This document shows positions 11,559 to 23,400 of a stretch of DNA of 34,896 bases, piece after piece. The stretch is taken from the NCBI GenBank assembly GCA_944325475.1, contig CALVAF010000144.1, positions 1 through 34,896 on the forward strand, in the 5' to 3' direction. The position numbers were made by a program, and so were the translations under genes. A model generated the notes under the pieces. That model searched no databases and was not told where the DNA came from. It worked only from the letters and a program-made list of their open reading frames with translations. Source of the stretch: an uncultured Helicobacter sp. Its GTDB lineage: Bacteria > Campylobacterota > Campylobacteria > Campylobacterales > Helicobacteraceae. Position 1 is the first letter of the stretch. Every line of letters starts with the position of its first letter.

Positions 11559-12267
11559 ACAGCAACAAATCATCTCCATGTTTGATGACATCGCTAGTAG
11601 CTATGATCTTACAAACCGCATAATGAGCTGCGGAATTGACATTGCATGGCGAAAAAGGGCTTGCAATCTCGCCCTTAAAAATCTCCCCCAAGCAAACTTG
11701 CAATCCCTAAAAATCCTCGATGTCGCTTGTGGGACAGGCGATATGATAACCCATTGGCAAAAAAATACCAAAAATTCCAAAGCTAACCTCCAAAAAATCA
11801 TCGGTGCTGACCCAAGTAGCGGTATGCTAGAAGTTGCCAAAAAAAAACTTCCCGATATCGAATTCACACAATGTGAGGCAACAAAACTACCTTTTTTAGA
11901 GGGCGAGTTTGACATTCTCTCCATCGCCTATGGAATCCGTAATGTAGTGGAGCGCAAAAAGGCATTAAGTGAATTTGCAAGAGTGCTAAAAAAGAACGGA
12001 ATCTTAGTGATTTTGGAATTTACCAAATGCGAAAATCCGGGGATTTTAGAAAGATTTATGGGGTTTTATACCAAAAATATTTTACCCTTTGTAGGCGGAA
12101 TCGTCTCTAAAAACTATCAGGCTTACAAATATTTGCCTAATTCTATTGAGGAGTTTTTAACTGCAAAGAAGCTAAATTTAGAGATTCAAGAAAGTGGTTT
12201 TGAGCCCCTCTACACAAAGCCTTTTTTAGCCAATGTCTGCACACTTTTTGTAGCAAAGTGTGTGTGA
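11548..12267 (+). CDS. ubiE: Demethylmenaquinone methyltransferase UbiE/MenG
   Basis: [33 protein letters not shown]; ATG 11548 overlaps the argH end. Confidence 0.93.
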   Translation: MEDKQQQIISMFDDIASSYDLTNRIMSCGIDIAWRKRACNLALKNLPQANLQSLKILDVACGTGDMITHWQKNTKNSKANLQKIIGADPSSGMLEVAKKKLPDIEFTQCEATKLPFLEGEFDILSIAYGIRNVVERKKALSEFARVLKKNGILVILEFTKCENPGILERFMGFYTKNILPFVGGIVSKNYQAYKYLPNSIEEFLTAKKLNLEIQESGFEPLYTKPFLANVCTLFVAKCV

Positions 12268-12299
12268 AACTATTTCTAGTCGCCTCCTTTGCATTTTCT

Positions 12300-13100
12300 T
12301 TATCCCCCACAAACTCTCAAATTCTCTATCCCACTCTTTGAGAATAACACTCTCCACCTCCGCTATATATAAAAGTAACCTCATCAACTTTTATTGCAAC
12401 CATTTGGTATTATACAAATCCACCCTCACACCACCAAATACCTATCCTAATATCCTAACAATAGTCATCATAACTCCAACCTCTTTAGGCTTTTTTTTGG
12501 GGGGGGGGGGAGGTAAAAGGGGTAAAATTTGATAAATCTATTAGTAGCTGCCTACACGAAAATTTCTTCCCCAAAGCAGTGGAATTTATAATCATGAGGA
12601 GATTTAAAACCTAAAGAATCTAAGCTTAAATCCACTAAAGGCTCATACCTAAATAGCTCTTTAGCAAAATCCTAGGTTCCATATCATTATAATGGTATTC
12701 ATAAGAGCTATAATAATTGGATTAAGATGTTCTTTAGCTCCTCCATAGCCTCACTAAACTTCTTAAAATCCCCAAAAATCCCTCTTTATTTGACATAATA
12801 ACTACAACTATCACAATCATGATTAACCTTTAGCACAAAAGTTTGTAGCAAGGCAGCAAAGTTAATCTCTTTTACACTCTTGAGGATTCCTGCCATAAAG
12901 AATTCGATAGATGATTTTCTCATTTAAAGATTTGAGGATTTTTTTGAAATCTGGTGTGTAGCTAAAAATTCCCTTATGTCTTTTTATAAAATACTACTCA
13001 TCTACCAATTTAGAATCTTTATATTTTCTATAATTCAAAAAAGATTATAATAGACTTTCTTGATGATTTCACCTGATACCGCCCCCACAAAATTATAAAA
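12300..13100 (-). pseudogene. Heavily decayed TupA-like ATP-grasp (polysaccharide biosynthesis) gene
   Basis: Minus-strand fragments in shifting frames: NEKIIYRILY, FVLKVNHD, YHYNDMEPRI, DYKFHCFG, VRVDLYN, EVTF..GG; many stops; boundaries approximate. Confidence 0.7.
12491..12510. repeat. T8-G12 homopolymer tract
   Basis: T 12491-12498 and G 12499-12510, inside the pseudogene. Confidence 0.9.
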
Positions 13101-13168
13101 ACCAAATCTTTGCAGACGTTTTTACCCCCAAAACAAAATTAACAAAAAACTTAAAAAAAAATCAAAAA

Positions 13169-15040
13169 TCACTCCATAAGCCCATCATACACACTCTTAG
13201 CGAGATTCTTTGGTAGCACCTTTTCTAGCTCCTCTAGGCTTGCTCCACGTATATTTTCAAAGCTCCCAAAATACGCTAAAAGTCGCTTTTGGGTTGCCTT
13301 TCCTATACCTTTAAGCTCCAAAATTTTGCTTTGCTGCATAGTTTTTTGCTTTTGTTTTTGGTGGAATGTAATGGCAAATCTATGGGCTTCATCGCGTAAT
13401 TTTTGCAAGAATTGCAGCCGCTTATCACTGCTACTTAGCCGATATTCCCGCCCCCTTTCATCACGCAAAATATCCAACGCCGCACCCTTTGCGCGATGCG
13501 CTTTAGAATCAAGCTTTTCTTTGGCAATCCCTACCACTTCAAGATTCACCCCAGCACTCCCTAGCAAATCTCTAGCAAGATTAATCTGTCCAATCCCTCC
13601 ATCAAGCACCCACAAATCTGGTGGCGATTCCACTTCAAAATCTTTAATTCTCCTCTCTAGCATTTCACGCATTTGCGAATATTCATCACTACCTTGCAAC
13701 AAATAATGCCGATAAGATTCCTTGCTAAACCCATCCTCATAAACCACCATAGCCCCCACGCACTGCTTACCTCTGTGGTGTGAAGTATCAAAAATCTCAA
13801 TTTTATAAGGCACACTTTGCAAAACAAAAAGATCTTTTAGTGCAAAAAGTAGATTCTCCTCATTGCTTGCATTAAATTTCAAAGCTTCTCTTGCATTTTG
13901 CAATGCCAAATCACAAAGCTTCTTTTTATCCCCACTCTTTGGAAAATGAAGAAGCACCTTTTTCCCTAGTTTCTCACTCAAAAACCTCTCTAACTCCGCC
14001 CTTTTCTTACCAAAATCATAGGGGATTAGAATTTGCTTTGGCTTTATGGGAAGGGCGTTACTGTAATAATTAATAAGGCTTTGTGTATAAACCTCCTCTA
14101 AATTAATCTCATATTGGCTTTTAATTGCATTTGTCGCACTTGAAACCACCCTACCCCCCCGCACAAAAAACTTCACCAAAACCCCCTTATTCCCTTCACT
14201 CTCCAAAACAAAAATATCCAAATCCTCTACCCTTGCAAAATCCACACTTGAGAGCGGATTGATTTGTCTGATTTTACGGATTCTATCCCTTAGCACCATC
14301 GCTTCTTCAAACCTTAGGTTTTCAGATAAAAACTGCATTTTGTCTTCTAAAATCCCTAGAATCTTCTTAGGATTATGGATACACTCTAGGGCTTTTTGTA
14401 AAATCTTGCTATAGGCTTCCTTACTCACTTTGCCTTCACAGGGAGCTAAACACCGCTTGATTTGATAAAACAAACACGCCTTTTTGCCTTTAAGACAGCT
14501 TTCTTTTTGGGCAAGATTAAAAGATTCATAAAGCGAATCAAGCAAATCCCTAGCCCCAGTAGAATAAGGACCAAAATAACGGACATTTGGGCTTTTTAGA
14601 ATCTTTCTTGTAAGTGTGATGCGCGGAAACTCTGCAGACATATCCACACATAAATAAGGATAAGTCTTATCATCACGCAAAAGAATATTGTATTTGGGTT
14701 TAAGCTGCTTAATGAGGGAATTCTCTAAAATCAAAGCGTCATTTTCATTCTCTACAACAATATAGCGCATAGAGGCGATTTGGCAGACCATTTGCGTGAT
14801 TCTTGGGCTTAAATTGGGTGCAACAGAGAGCTTGGGTGTGAATTTAAAATAGCTTTTGACGCGGTTTTTGAGATTTTTTGCCTTGCCTACATACAACAGC
14901 CTCCCCTCACTATCAAAATAATGATACACGCCACTTTGACTTGGAATCTTTTTTAAAATACCCAGTAGAGTATCATTAAGTGGAGCAAGTTTAGATTCTA
15001 TAGGTTTAGATTCTACAAATTTGGATTCTATTGGTTGCAT
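13169..15040 (-). CDS. uvrC: Excinuclease ABC subunit C
   Basis: GIY-YIG (GVY..LYVGKAKNLKNRVKSYF), DDKTYPY, LDGG.GQ, LRDEAHRFAI, HhH tail. Confidence 0.98.
   Translation of the reverse strand: MQPIESKFVESKPIESKLAPLNDTLLGILKKIPSQSGVYHYFDSEGRLLYVGKAKNLKNRVKSYFKFTPKLSVAPNLSPRITQMVCQIASMRYIVVENENDALILENSLIKQLKPKYNILLRDDKTYPYLCVDMSAEFPRITLTRKILKSPNVRYFGPYSTGARDLLDSLYESFNLAQKESCLKGKKACLFYQIKRCLAPCEGKVSKEAYSKILQKALECIHNPKKILGILEDKMQFLSENLRFEEAMVLRDRIRKIRQINPLSSVDFARVEDLDIFVLESEGNKGVLVKFFVRGGRVVSSATNAIKSQYEINLEEVYTQSLINYYSNALPIKPKQILIPYDFGKKRAELERFLSEKLGKKVLLHFPKSGDKKKLCDLALQNAREALKFNASNEENLLFALKDLFVLQSVPYKIEIFDTSHHRGKQCVGAMVVYEDGFSKESYRHYLLQGSDEYSQMREMLERRIKDFEVESPPDLWVLDGGIGQINLARDLLGSAGVNLEVVGIAKEKLDSKAHRAKGAALDILRDERGREYRLSSSDKRLQFLQKLRDEAHRFAITFHQKQKQKTMQQSKILELKGIGKATQKRLLAYFGSFENIRGASLEELEKVLPKNLAKSVYDGLME
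14990..15034. repeat. 3 x 15-bp imperfect tandem repeat at the uvrC 5' end
   Basis: TTTAGATTCTATAGG / TTTAGATTCTACAAA / TTTGGATTCTATTGG; encodes PIESK-FVESK-PIESK. Confidence 0.85.
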
Positions 15041-15468
15041 AAAATTGCTTTTTTGATTCTTTCCAAAATCTCATAAATTTCTTTATTTTTAGCGAAATTC
15101 CTAAATTCTCCACTGGATAATTCCCCATAACACGCCACTTCATAAGTGGAATCTTGCAAAGACTTTTGGTAGGGGCTATTTCTCACAAATGCTTTTAAAT
15201 CCATAATGCCAAGCAACTTTTTTTGAATCTTTTGGTAGTCTTTTAATAACTGCTTTATAATTGTTAGTTTATAATCAAACTCTTGTTTAAAACAGGAATG
15301 CTTAAGGGCAAAAAATAAAATACCATTTTTACTATAACAAAAATGGATTCCTTGACGCACACTCAAAGGTAGCATTGCGACAAAATGCTGAATCTGTTGT
15401 CGCTGGTGCATTTTTTGATACAAAGGATTATTCCAAAGATGAGACAGAATTTCACTTGCTTTTTTCAT
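15028..15468 (-). CDS. Hypothetical protein, possibly DciA/DUF721-like
   Basis: 146-aa ORF overlapping the uvrC start; L-F-A-L-K-H-x-x-F-K-Q-E-F pattern recalls DUF721 (inference). Confidence 0.65.
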   Translation of the reverse strand: MKKASEILSHLWNNPLYQKMHQRQQIQHFVAMLPLSVRQGIHFCYSKNGILFFALKHSCFKQEFDYKLTIIKQLLKDYQKIQKKLLGIMDLKAFVRNSPYQKSLQDSTYEVACYGELSSGEFRNFAKNKEIYEILERIKKAILCNQ

Positions 15469-15474
15469 TGGGTA

Positions 15475-15483
15475 ATTATAGCA
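15475..15483 (-). promoter_or_regulatory. Extended -10 (TGCTATAAT) placing +1 at the ATG: likely leaderless mRNA
   Basis: Perfect TGnTATAAT ending 7 nt before ATG 15468; no SD. Confidence 0.6.
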
Positions 15484-15571
15484 TATCTTGCAAGTTTTTT
15501 ACTCGTGGGTTGTGGCTTCAAAGACACTCCTTTTAACCCCAAAACCGAGCAAACAAAATAAAAGGATTCTT

Positions 15572-17038
15572 ATGCAATATGATGTGATTATTGTTGGGGC
15601 TGGGATTGCAGGGCTATATGCAGCTTTAAATCTCCCACAAAACCTTAAAGTTCTCATTCTCTGCAAAGACCAACCATGGGAGTGCAATACCTTTTATGCT
15701 CAAGGTGGAATCGCCGTTGCCAAAGACCAAGCTGACATTCCCCTACATATCACAGACACCCTTAAAGCAGGAGCTGGAATGTGTGATGAAGACGCAGTTG
15801 CAACACTTAGCAAAGAAAGTCTAGAAGTACTAGAGGATTTAATCATGCGTCACACACCTTTTGATAGGGACAATGAAGGAAATTTGCTTTTTGCCAAAGA
15901 AGCCGCACATAGCACCTCACGAATCATACACGCTGGAGGTGACTGCACTGGGCGAGTGATTCACAGCCATTTAATCGCTCAAATCACACATACTTTATGG
16001 AAAAATGCGACCGTAACAGAATTGCTTATTGATAATGATCATTGTTGTGGTGTGAGCGTACTAACCAAACGAGGCAACTATAATCTCTATGCTAAAAATG
16101 TGATTCTAGCAGGTGGTGGCGTTGGTGCGCTTTTTGAATACCACACTAATGCCTACACGATTTCAAGCGAACTACATGGAATGATTTTAGAAAATGGCTT
16201 AAAACTCAAAGATATGGAAATGTTACAATTCCACCCCACAGTTTTTATCCAAACTCCTCATGCTAGAAAAATGTTGCTTAGCGAAGCTTTGCGGGGTGAA
16301 GGGGCATTTGTGGTAAATTTTTGGGGTAAGCGATTTTTGTTTGACTATGATTCTAAAGGTGAGCTTGCCCCTCGCGATAAAGTCGCACGTTCTATCTTTG
16401 AATACAAACTCAAACTTCAGGAAAAATATCCCAATGCAAAACCTAGGGAATTGGAAATCTATTTGGATTTTAGCGCATTTTCTAAAGATTTTTTTTACAA
16501 ACGATTCCCAAATATCGCACGCAATCTCAACGCCGCTGGCTTTGATGTTCCAAAAGATAAAGTTCCTATTTCGCCTGCTTTTCACTACTGCATGGGTGGA
16601 ATCCAAACAGATAATGTTGGTAAAGTGCTAGGAATGCAAAATCTCTATGCGGTAGGAGAATGTGCTTGCACGGGGGTGCATGGGGCAAATCGCCTTGCCT
16701 CAAATTCTTTATTAGAAGGACTTGTTTTCTCCCGCCGTGCTACCCAAGATATTTTAGCTAAAAATCTTGCTTTAAAGCTAAGGGAATTCCCCTTACACAC
16801 ACAGATTCTCCAAAAAGAACAAGATGAGAATCTCAAAAATCTTTTGCGTCATCTGATGTGGAATAAAGTTGGAATCATTCGTAAAAAAAGCGGCTTAAAT
16901 GAAGCCCTAGGAGGCGTGGAAGTCATGCTACAAAGTGGGATTGGGAGACTTCTTAAACTGCGTCTTTTAACCGCGCAAAATATTATCCAATCTGCGCTCA
17001 AACGTGAAGAATCCATTGGTGCGCATTATATCCAATAA
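15572..17038 (+). CDS. nadB: L-aspartate oxidase
   Basis: VGAGIAGL, AQGGI, EAAHS, QFHPT, SEALRGEG, HGANRLASNSLLE; ATG 15572 with AAGGA RBS. Confidence 0.95.
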   Translation: MQYDVIIVGAGIAGLYAALNLPQNLKVLILCKDQPWECNTFYAQGGIAVAKDQADIPLHITDTLKAGAGMCDEDAVATLSKESLEVLEDLIMRHTPFDRDNEGNLLFAKEAAHSTSRIIHAGGDCTGRVIHSHLIAQITHTLWKNATVTELLIDNDHCCGVSVLTKRGNYNLYAKNVILAGGGVGALFEYHTNAYTISSELHGMILENGLKLKDMEMLQFHPTVFIQTPHARKMLLSEALRGEGAFVVNFWGKRFLFDYDSKGELAPRDKVARSIFEYKLKLQEKYPNAKPRELEIYLDFSAFSKDFFYKRFPNIARNLNAAGFDVPKDKVPISPAFHYCMGGIQTDNVGKVLGMQNLYAVGECACTGVHGANRLASNSLLEGLVFSRRATQDILAKNLALKLREFPLHTQILQKEQDENLKNLLRHLMWNKVGIIRKKSGLNEALGGVEVMLQSGIGRLLKLRLLTAQNIIQSALKREESIGAHYIQ

Positions 17039-17095
17039 GCACTCTTTGCAAGGATTTAAAAATTAGTTTTACACTCTTTTAAACTATGCGCATTA

Positions 17096-17107
17096 CCCCC
17101 CCCCCCC
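17096..17107. repeat. C12 homopolymer tract, intergenic upstream of the citE-like promoter
   Basis: Directly visible. Confidence 0.9.
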
Positions 17108-17243
17108 TCAACCCAAGTATTCTTTCAAATTAGTCAATGATTATCAAAAAGCCAAATTAACAAATAACTTCTTTATTTTTGCCAAAAAAATGTTTTCATT
17201 TTAAATAATTATTCTTAAAAAAGTTTAATTTTAAATTCATTTT

Positions 17244-17252
17244 TGCTATAAT
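17244..17252 (+). promoter_or_regulatory. Extended -10 (TGCTATAAT) for the citE-like gene
   Basis: Consensus match 40 nt upstream of ATG 17292. Confidence 0.6.
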
Positions 17253-17291
17253 TTTTGCGACCTAAATTTTACCATTTTTTAAGGATATACA

Positions 17292-18140
17292 ATGCCAGAT
17301 TCTGCTCCATTTCATACTTACCCCAAAGCTAAAAGCCTCCTTTTTGTCTCCAGTATCAAGCCAGAAAATTTCGCACCAAGCTTTGCTAGTAAGGCTGATG
17401 CGATTATTTTTGACCTTGAAGATTCCGTGCCAAGTGAGCGTAAAAATGAAGGTAGGACCAATCTTTTAAAACTTTGTTGTAATGATTTTAACCATAAATT
17501 TTTTGTCCGCATTAATGATGCGCAAAGTCCATTTTTTGCTGATGATATGGAATTTTTAAAAGAATTGGGATTAGAGAAGATTTATGGAATCATGCTTGCC
17601 AAAACCGAGCAAAAAGAGCATATCCAATCTGTGTTTTCTGCGCTTGGCGAGGTCTCACTACTTTTACTTATCGAAAGTGCCCTAGGAGTGCAAAACCTAC
17701 ACATTACAGCCGCACAACCTTGCGTTAAACAACTTGCCTTTGGGGCATTTGATATGATTTTAGATTTAGGATTAAGAGATGGAGAAGGAAAAGATTTTAT
17801 GCTAAATTATGTGCGCGTGCAAATGGCTTTAGCAAGCAAGATAAACAATCTTCTGCCACCTATTAATCGCGTTTTTCCCAACACAAGAGATGAATCAAGA
17901 TTAAAAGCAAATATGGAATTAGCCTATTCTATGGGCTTTGGCGGCTCACTTACCTTTTATCCCAATCAAATTCCTATCATTAATGCAATTTTCTCTCAAG
18001 ACGACAATCAAATACAATGGGCTAAAGAAGTGCTACGATTAGCAGCGATTCACAAGGGCGAACCCTTTAGCTTTGAAGGCAATGTTGTAGATATTCCAAT
18101 GATTAAAAAGGCGCAGGGTATCTTAGAGAAAAAATACTAA
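17292..18140 (+). CDS. CitE-like CoA-ester lyase (HpcH/HpaI aldolase/citrate lyase family)
   Basis: SLLFV, ADAIIFDLEDSV, FVRIN, LLIESALGV, AFGAFD, VDIPMIKKA. Confidence 0.88.
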   Translation: MPDSAPFHTYPKAKSLLFVSSIKPENFAPSFASKADAIIFDLEDSVPSERKNEGRTNLLKLCCNDFNHKFFVRINDAQSPFFADDMEFLKELGLEKIYGIMLAKTEQKEHIQSVFSALGEVSLLLLIESALGVQNLHITAAQPCVKQLAFGAFDMILDLGLRDGEGKDFMLNYVRVQMALASKINNLLPPINRVFPNTRDESRLKANMELAYSMGFGGSLTFYPNQIPIINAIFSQDDNQIQWAKEVLRLAAIHKGEPFSFEGNVVDIPMIKKAQGILEKKY

Positions 18141-18585
18141 GAATACTAACAACCCTCCAAGTTAGCTTTTATTGCCAAAACACATCATTCCTAAGAATTG
18201 CAAAAATCTTTTGTGTAAGCAACCTCAATCAAAATTTGATTCTAGGATAACCTAGCCATGCAAATATACCCTCTTAATCCCTCTAAAAACAATATAAATA
18301 CCAATGGGGAGCTTTTATATTATATTTTTCTCTAAAAAATTTTGTAAAATACCAAATGGCATAAAAAAATCCAACATAAAATCTTTAAAATAACACTGAA
18401 TCATAAACTTATTTATACTTTATTTTACTTAGCACATTATCATTTTGCATTTTCTTATAGAGATAAATCATCTAAGGTAGATTTGATGAGAAATTTTACT
18501 ATCATAACTCTTTTGAGAAATTTATTAAGCATTTTTTAACAAAGACAAATCTAAGTTGAGTTCTAAAGACTATGTTCCCACTATG

Positions 18586-18645
18586 CTTTGCCTAGACTCT
18601 AAGTATTCTAGGCAAAAGGTATGTCCAATAGGGCTGATAGCCCTA
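18586..18645. terminator. Two stem-loops downstream of putP
   Basis: TTTGCCTAGA..TCTAGGCAAA (18587-18616) and TAGGGCT-GAT-AGCCCTA (18629-18645). Confidence 0.5.
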
Positions 18646-18692
18646 ATTTTATGAATGTATGCAGCAAGATTTTGCAGCACATTTGTTAAAGC

Positions 18693-20477
18693 TTAGAGAT
18701 TTTCTAACATTTTTTGATACGCCGCTCTAGTGCCTTCACGCACATTACTTGCAAGGCTAAAGAGGATAATTGCCAAAGATGCTACTAAAAATCCCGGGAT
18801 AATCTCATACACACCCGTATCAGCAAAAAACTGCTTCCACAACACCACAACAGCCGCACCACTAATCATTCCAGCAATCGCACCAATACGTGTCATTCTA
18901 CTCCAAAAAAGCGAGAAAAGCATTACTGAACCAAAAGACGCTCCAAACCCAGCCCACGCATACGCCACAATACTAAGCACACTAGAATCTTTGTCTGTGG
19001 AGATGACAAAAGCAATGAGCGCCACCACAAGCACTCCAATTTTACCAAGCCTAAGCACCATTGCTTCAGAGGCATCTTGCTTGAAAATCTTTTTGTAAAA
19101 ATCCTCTGCAATCGTTGAGCTAGAGACAAGCAATTGCGAACTAGCGGTACTCATAATGGCTGCAAGAATTGCACTAAGCAAGATTCCAGCAACCCATGGG
19201 TTAAAGAGAAGTTGTGACATTACAATAAAGATTCGTTCTGGATCTGCTAGGGTAAGATTAAATTTATTAACATATGCTACACCAAGCATACCAATAAAGC
19301 AAGCCGCAATAAGACAAATCGCCATCCAACCTATACCAATAAAAGTCGCAGTAGGAATATCTTTAGTTGATCGAATTGACATAAACCGCACAAGTATGTG
19401 GGGTTGCCCAAAATACCCAAATCCCCACGCAAGTGCCGAGATAATCCCCACAAGCGAAACACCACTAAACCATTGTAATCTTTCTTTAGCCACAAGAGGA
19501 ATCTTTTCAAAAGCCCCAAGCAATGATGTTAAGATATCATTATCCCCTGCATTCATTGCCACTTCAAGCTTATGGGCTAAATCCCTAGGTGAAACTGCGG
19601 TATTTAAGTCATTATTAAAAAGCATCAAAACATCAGGATCATTTTTTATTTCTTGCGGAATCTTAGCTGCAACAATGCTTCTATCTTGTATATTTTGCAA
19701 TTCACCAACAAGGCTTTGAATCTTAGGATATGAATCTGGAAGACTTTGCAAAAGACTCGGAATTTCTGCTTGAATCTGCACTAATTTTTCACTAGATTTA
19801 TCAGAATCTCTTATGTATTTTGCTGCTTCGCTTAGTCCTCCTATATGAGAAAGCATCACAATAGGCACGACTACAAGAGCCAAAAGCATTAAAAGACCTT
19901 GAATCATATCCGTCCAACAAACGGCTTTATACCCTCCAAAAAAAGTATAGGCAACAATGATTAGAGTTCCTGTTGTAAGAGCATAATCATATCTTATACC
20001 AAAGACTTCTTCAAAAAGCTTTGCCCCACTTACAAGTCCAGATGAGACATAGAAGGTAAAAAAGATAAGAATTACCACTGCACAAACCACACGCAAAATA
20101 TGCTTATCATCGCTAAAGCGCGTCTCAAAATAATCTGGAATGGTTAGTGAGTTTGCCACCACGCTTGTGTAGATTCTAAGTCGTTTAGCAACAAAAATCC
20201 AATTCAAACTCGCCCCAATTGTTAATCCTATTGCAATATAGCTATCAACAAAGCCACTCACATATAAGGCTCCAGGTAAGCCCATTAAAAGCCAACCACT
20301 CATATCAGAAGCCCCAGCACTTAGGGCAGAAACCACAGGTCCCATGGAACGACCACCAAGGAAATAATCCTCAATGCTCTTGTTCTGCCTATAAAAATAA
20401 AAGCCTATAAAAAGCATCAAAGCCGAATAGGCAACAAACATTATTGCAATGGGTGTGTTTATACTTACAACTTCCAT
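18693..20477 (-). CDS. putP: Sodium/proline symporter PutP with a ~100-aa extra loop
   Basis: [49 protein letters not shown]; downstream of putA. Confidence 0.95.
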   Translation of the reverse strand: MEVVSINTPIAIMFVAYSALMLFIGFYFYRQNKSIEDYFLGGRSMGPVVSALSAGASDMSGWLLMGLPGALYVSGFVDSYIAIGLTIGASLNWIFVAKRLRIYTSVVANSLTIPDYFETRFSDDKHILRVVCAVVILIFFTFYVSSGLVSGAKLFEEVFGIRYDYALTTGTLIIVAYTFFGGYKAVCWTDMIQGLLMLLALVVVPIVMLSHIGGLSEAAKYIRDSDKSSEKLVQIQAEIPSLLQSLPDSYPKIQSLVGELQNIQDRSIVAAKIPQEIKNDPDVLMLFNNDLNTAVSPRDLAHKLEVAMNAGDNDILTSLLGAFEKIPLVAKERLQWFSGVSLVGIISALAWGFGYFGQPHILVRFMSIRSTKDIPTATFIGIGWMAICLIAACFIGMLGVAYVNKFNLTLADPERIFIVMSQLLFNPWVAGILLSAILAAIMSTASSQLLVSSSTIAEDFYKKIFKQDASEAMVLRLGKIGVLVVALIAFVISTDKDSSVLSIVAYAWAGFGASFGSVMLFSLFWSRMTRIGAIAGMISGAAVVVLWKQFFADTGVYEIIPGFLVASLAIILFSLASNVREGTRAAYQKMLENL

Positions 20478-20489
20478 TATTCCCTCCTT

Positions 20490-23400
20490 TTAGTTTTTTA
20501 AAGCTCGAATTCCTAAATTTCCATAACGATGATATGATATGCTTAAAGACTTTTCATTATGATAAAATAAAAGTTCAAAGCGTCCATTTAAAAGTGGCTT
20601 ATCTCTAATGACAATCTTAGCCAAAGAAGCTGCTTTTTGATAAATTTCATCATCTACACTAGTCTTTGCATGATAGCGAATTCTTTCGTATTTTTCTATG
20701 GAATTTACAAAATTACCCTTACTTTGCTCTATAAATTCAACCTCTAAGCCAAGTTTTTCACAAACCTCTTTTGCTTTTTTTATGTTTTGATTTTCATCAA
20801 AACTTAAAATAAGCTTTATTTTAGCCACATTTGAGGCTAAAATAACAGCCAAAATATCTCTTAAGCTATCCTCTTTACACACCCTAAAGCCTAAATTTTT
20901 TATCTTTGTGTATGAAAAAAGATTATCCTCACCTCTGATATTTACATAATCTTTGCTAATGCTAAATTCATTTTTGTAATGATAGGCGTAAGATTTTGCC
21001 ATAGCACTGAGCTCGTTTAAATTCAAATTCTTAAGCTCTTTTGAAAGCTCATTTTCAAGCACATTTTCATCAATTTCATCTTGAGTTATATCTAAAAACT
21101 GCGTTATGTAATTGTAAATCCCTACCTTTCTACCAAAGCCAATGGCGGATTTTTTAATGCCACCAAAGGGCTGACGAAGCACTATCGCACCAGTTGTAGG
21201 CTTATTTATATAAATATTCCCAGCTTCTATGTGTGTGTGAAAATACTCCCACTCTCTTTCATCAAGACTTTCAAATCCAGCAGTTAATCCATATCCCGTG
21301 GAATTTACTATATCAATAGCCTCTTTTAAGTCTTTTGCTTTCATCACAGTTAAAATTGGCGCAAAAAGCTCTGTTTTGTGCGTAAAATCGCCCTTTTTGC
21401 TACCATATTTTATACCCGGACTCATTAAGTGTGAGATATCATCTATAAATTTAGGCTTTAAAGCCCATTTTTCATAAGGTTTAAGCTCATCTAAAGCTTT
21501 TTGCACCTTAGGATCTATCTCATCACAAAGAGCGGCGATTTTATTTTTAAAATCAAATGGCGAACCAACAAGCATAGATGAAGCCGCATCTACTAGGGTT
21601 TTCTTAAAATCCTCGTCCTCATAAACCTCACTTTCAAGAACAAGCAAAGAAGTAGCAGAACATTTTTGCCCTGAATTTGAAAAGGCAGAATGGATTATAT
21701 TTTTAATCGCACTATCTCTATCGGCAAATTTTGAAACTATGGTGGCATTTTTACCTCCTGTTTCAGCACTTAAAAGTAAGGTAGGATTCGCCTCTAGCAT
21801 TTTATACGCAGTTTCTTCTCCTCCTGTGAGTATGGCAAAATTTACACTTTCACTAGAAAGTAGATATTTTGATATATCGCTGCCCTTTGATGGTAAGAAA
21901 ACCAAAGCGTCCTTTGGTATGCCAGCCTCCCAAAGAATCTCACAAATCATATAGCCTGTGAGTATAGATAGCGATGAGGGCTTGTAAATGACAGCATTAC
22001 CCGCAGCAAGCGGTGCGACTATGGTGCCCACTGAAATTCCCACGGGAAAATTCCAAGGCGCTATGGTAAGTCCTACACCTTTTGGGCTAAATTTGATTTT
22101 AGGATTTTGCTCTTGTAATTTTCTCAAAGAGTGGGGGTAAAACTCAGTAAAATCAATAGCCTCGCTGACTTCAGGATCTATTTCTAAAAAAGTCTTACCC
22201 ACCTCTAGGCTTGCAATGCCTATTAAATCCCCTCTTTTTTCTCGCATTAAGCTTGCAGCACGGGCTAAAATTTGATGAATTTCCTCAAAGCTTTTTTCTT
22301 TAAATTTAGAATTTTTAGCCACCTCTAAAGCCTCTTTTATCTCTTTTTCTCCTGCCAAGTAAGCCTTACCTATCAAGCGGCTTTTTATCTTGTCTTTTAC
22401 TTCTATATAATTTAAATTTTCATCTTTTATAGCCTCTTTTATCACAGGATAGACATTAAAATTACTTAAATTTTCATACTTTGCTTTAATTTTTTTAGCC
22501 CAAGCTCTGTTTTGAGGTAGGATAAAGTCTGTGTCGCTTTCGTTTGTAAAAGTTTTTGTTTCATAAGAGCTTTTTATATTTTGTTTTTCATTTCTATCTT
22601 GCTTTCTATGAGTTGAATTATCTAAATCTTTTACACCTTTTAAGCTATCTAAAAAAAGTTTTTCTTGCTTTTGCCAATTCTTATCTCCAACCTTTAGGTT
22701 GAAAAAATAACGCATAAAATTATCCTCGCTAGTATTTTCATCAAGCCTTCTTACAAGATAAGCTATGGCGTTGTTAAAATGCGCATCATCGCAAACCGGT
22801 GCATAAAGAATCAGATTATGAATTTTAGACAACTCATAAGAGCATGTTAAGCTCATACCCTCAAGCATTTCAAAGGTAAAACTATCAAAGGCATTCGCCT
22901 CCTTTATCCTAGTGTAAGCATAGGCTATTTCAAAGATATTATGACTTGCTATGCCTATGTTGATGTATTTATAATTCTCATCTTGCAAGATGAAGTCTAG
23001 CATTTTGTTGTAGTTACTATCTGTGTCTATCTTTTTATAAAAAGTCGGAAGTTCCCATCCTCTCTGACTTGCGATAGTTTCCTCACTTTCCATATTCGCA
23101 CCTTTTACAAAGCGAATTTTTATAGGTTTCATTCCCTTTAAAACTCTTTCTTTTGAAAAGGCAAAAAGCTTTTTAAGATACTCATAAGAATCAGGGATAT
23201 AAGCTTGCAAGACTATACCTGCCTTTATGTCAAATTTGCTTAAACTCTCAATAAAAGCAGCAACAGTTAGCTCCAAATCCCTAAATTCTTCCATATCCAA
23301 GTTTATAAATTTATCAACCCCTTGTTTCTTCTCTTCTTCTTGCGCAAGAGCATAAAGATAATCCAGCCTTTTTACAACCTCATCTTTTGAGTATTCAAAA

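Noticed and set aside
18141-18585. Possible sRNA in the long citE-putP gap
   Set aside because: AT-rich with no recognisable RNA family or clear promoter-terminator pair
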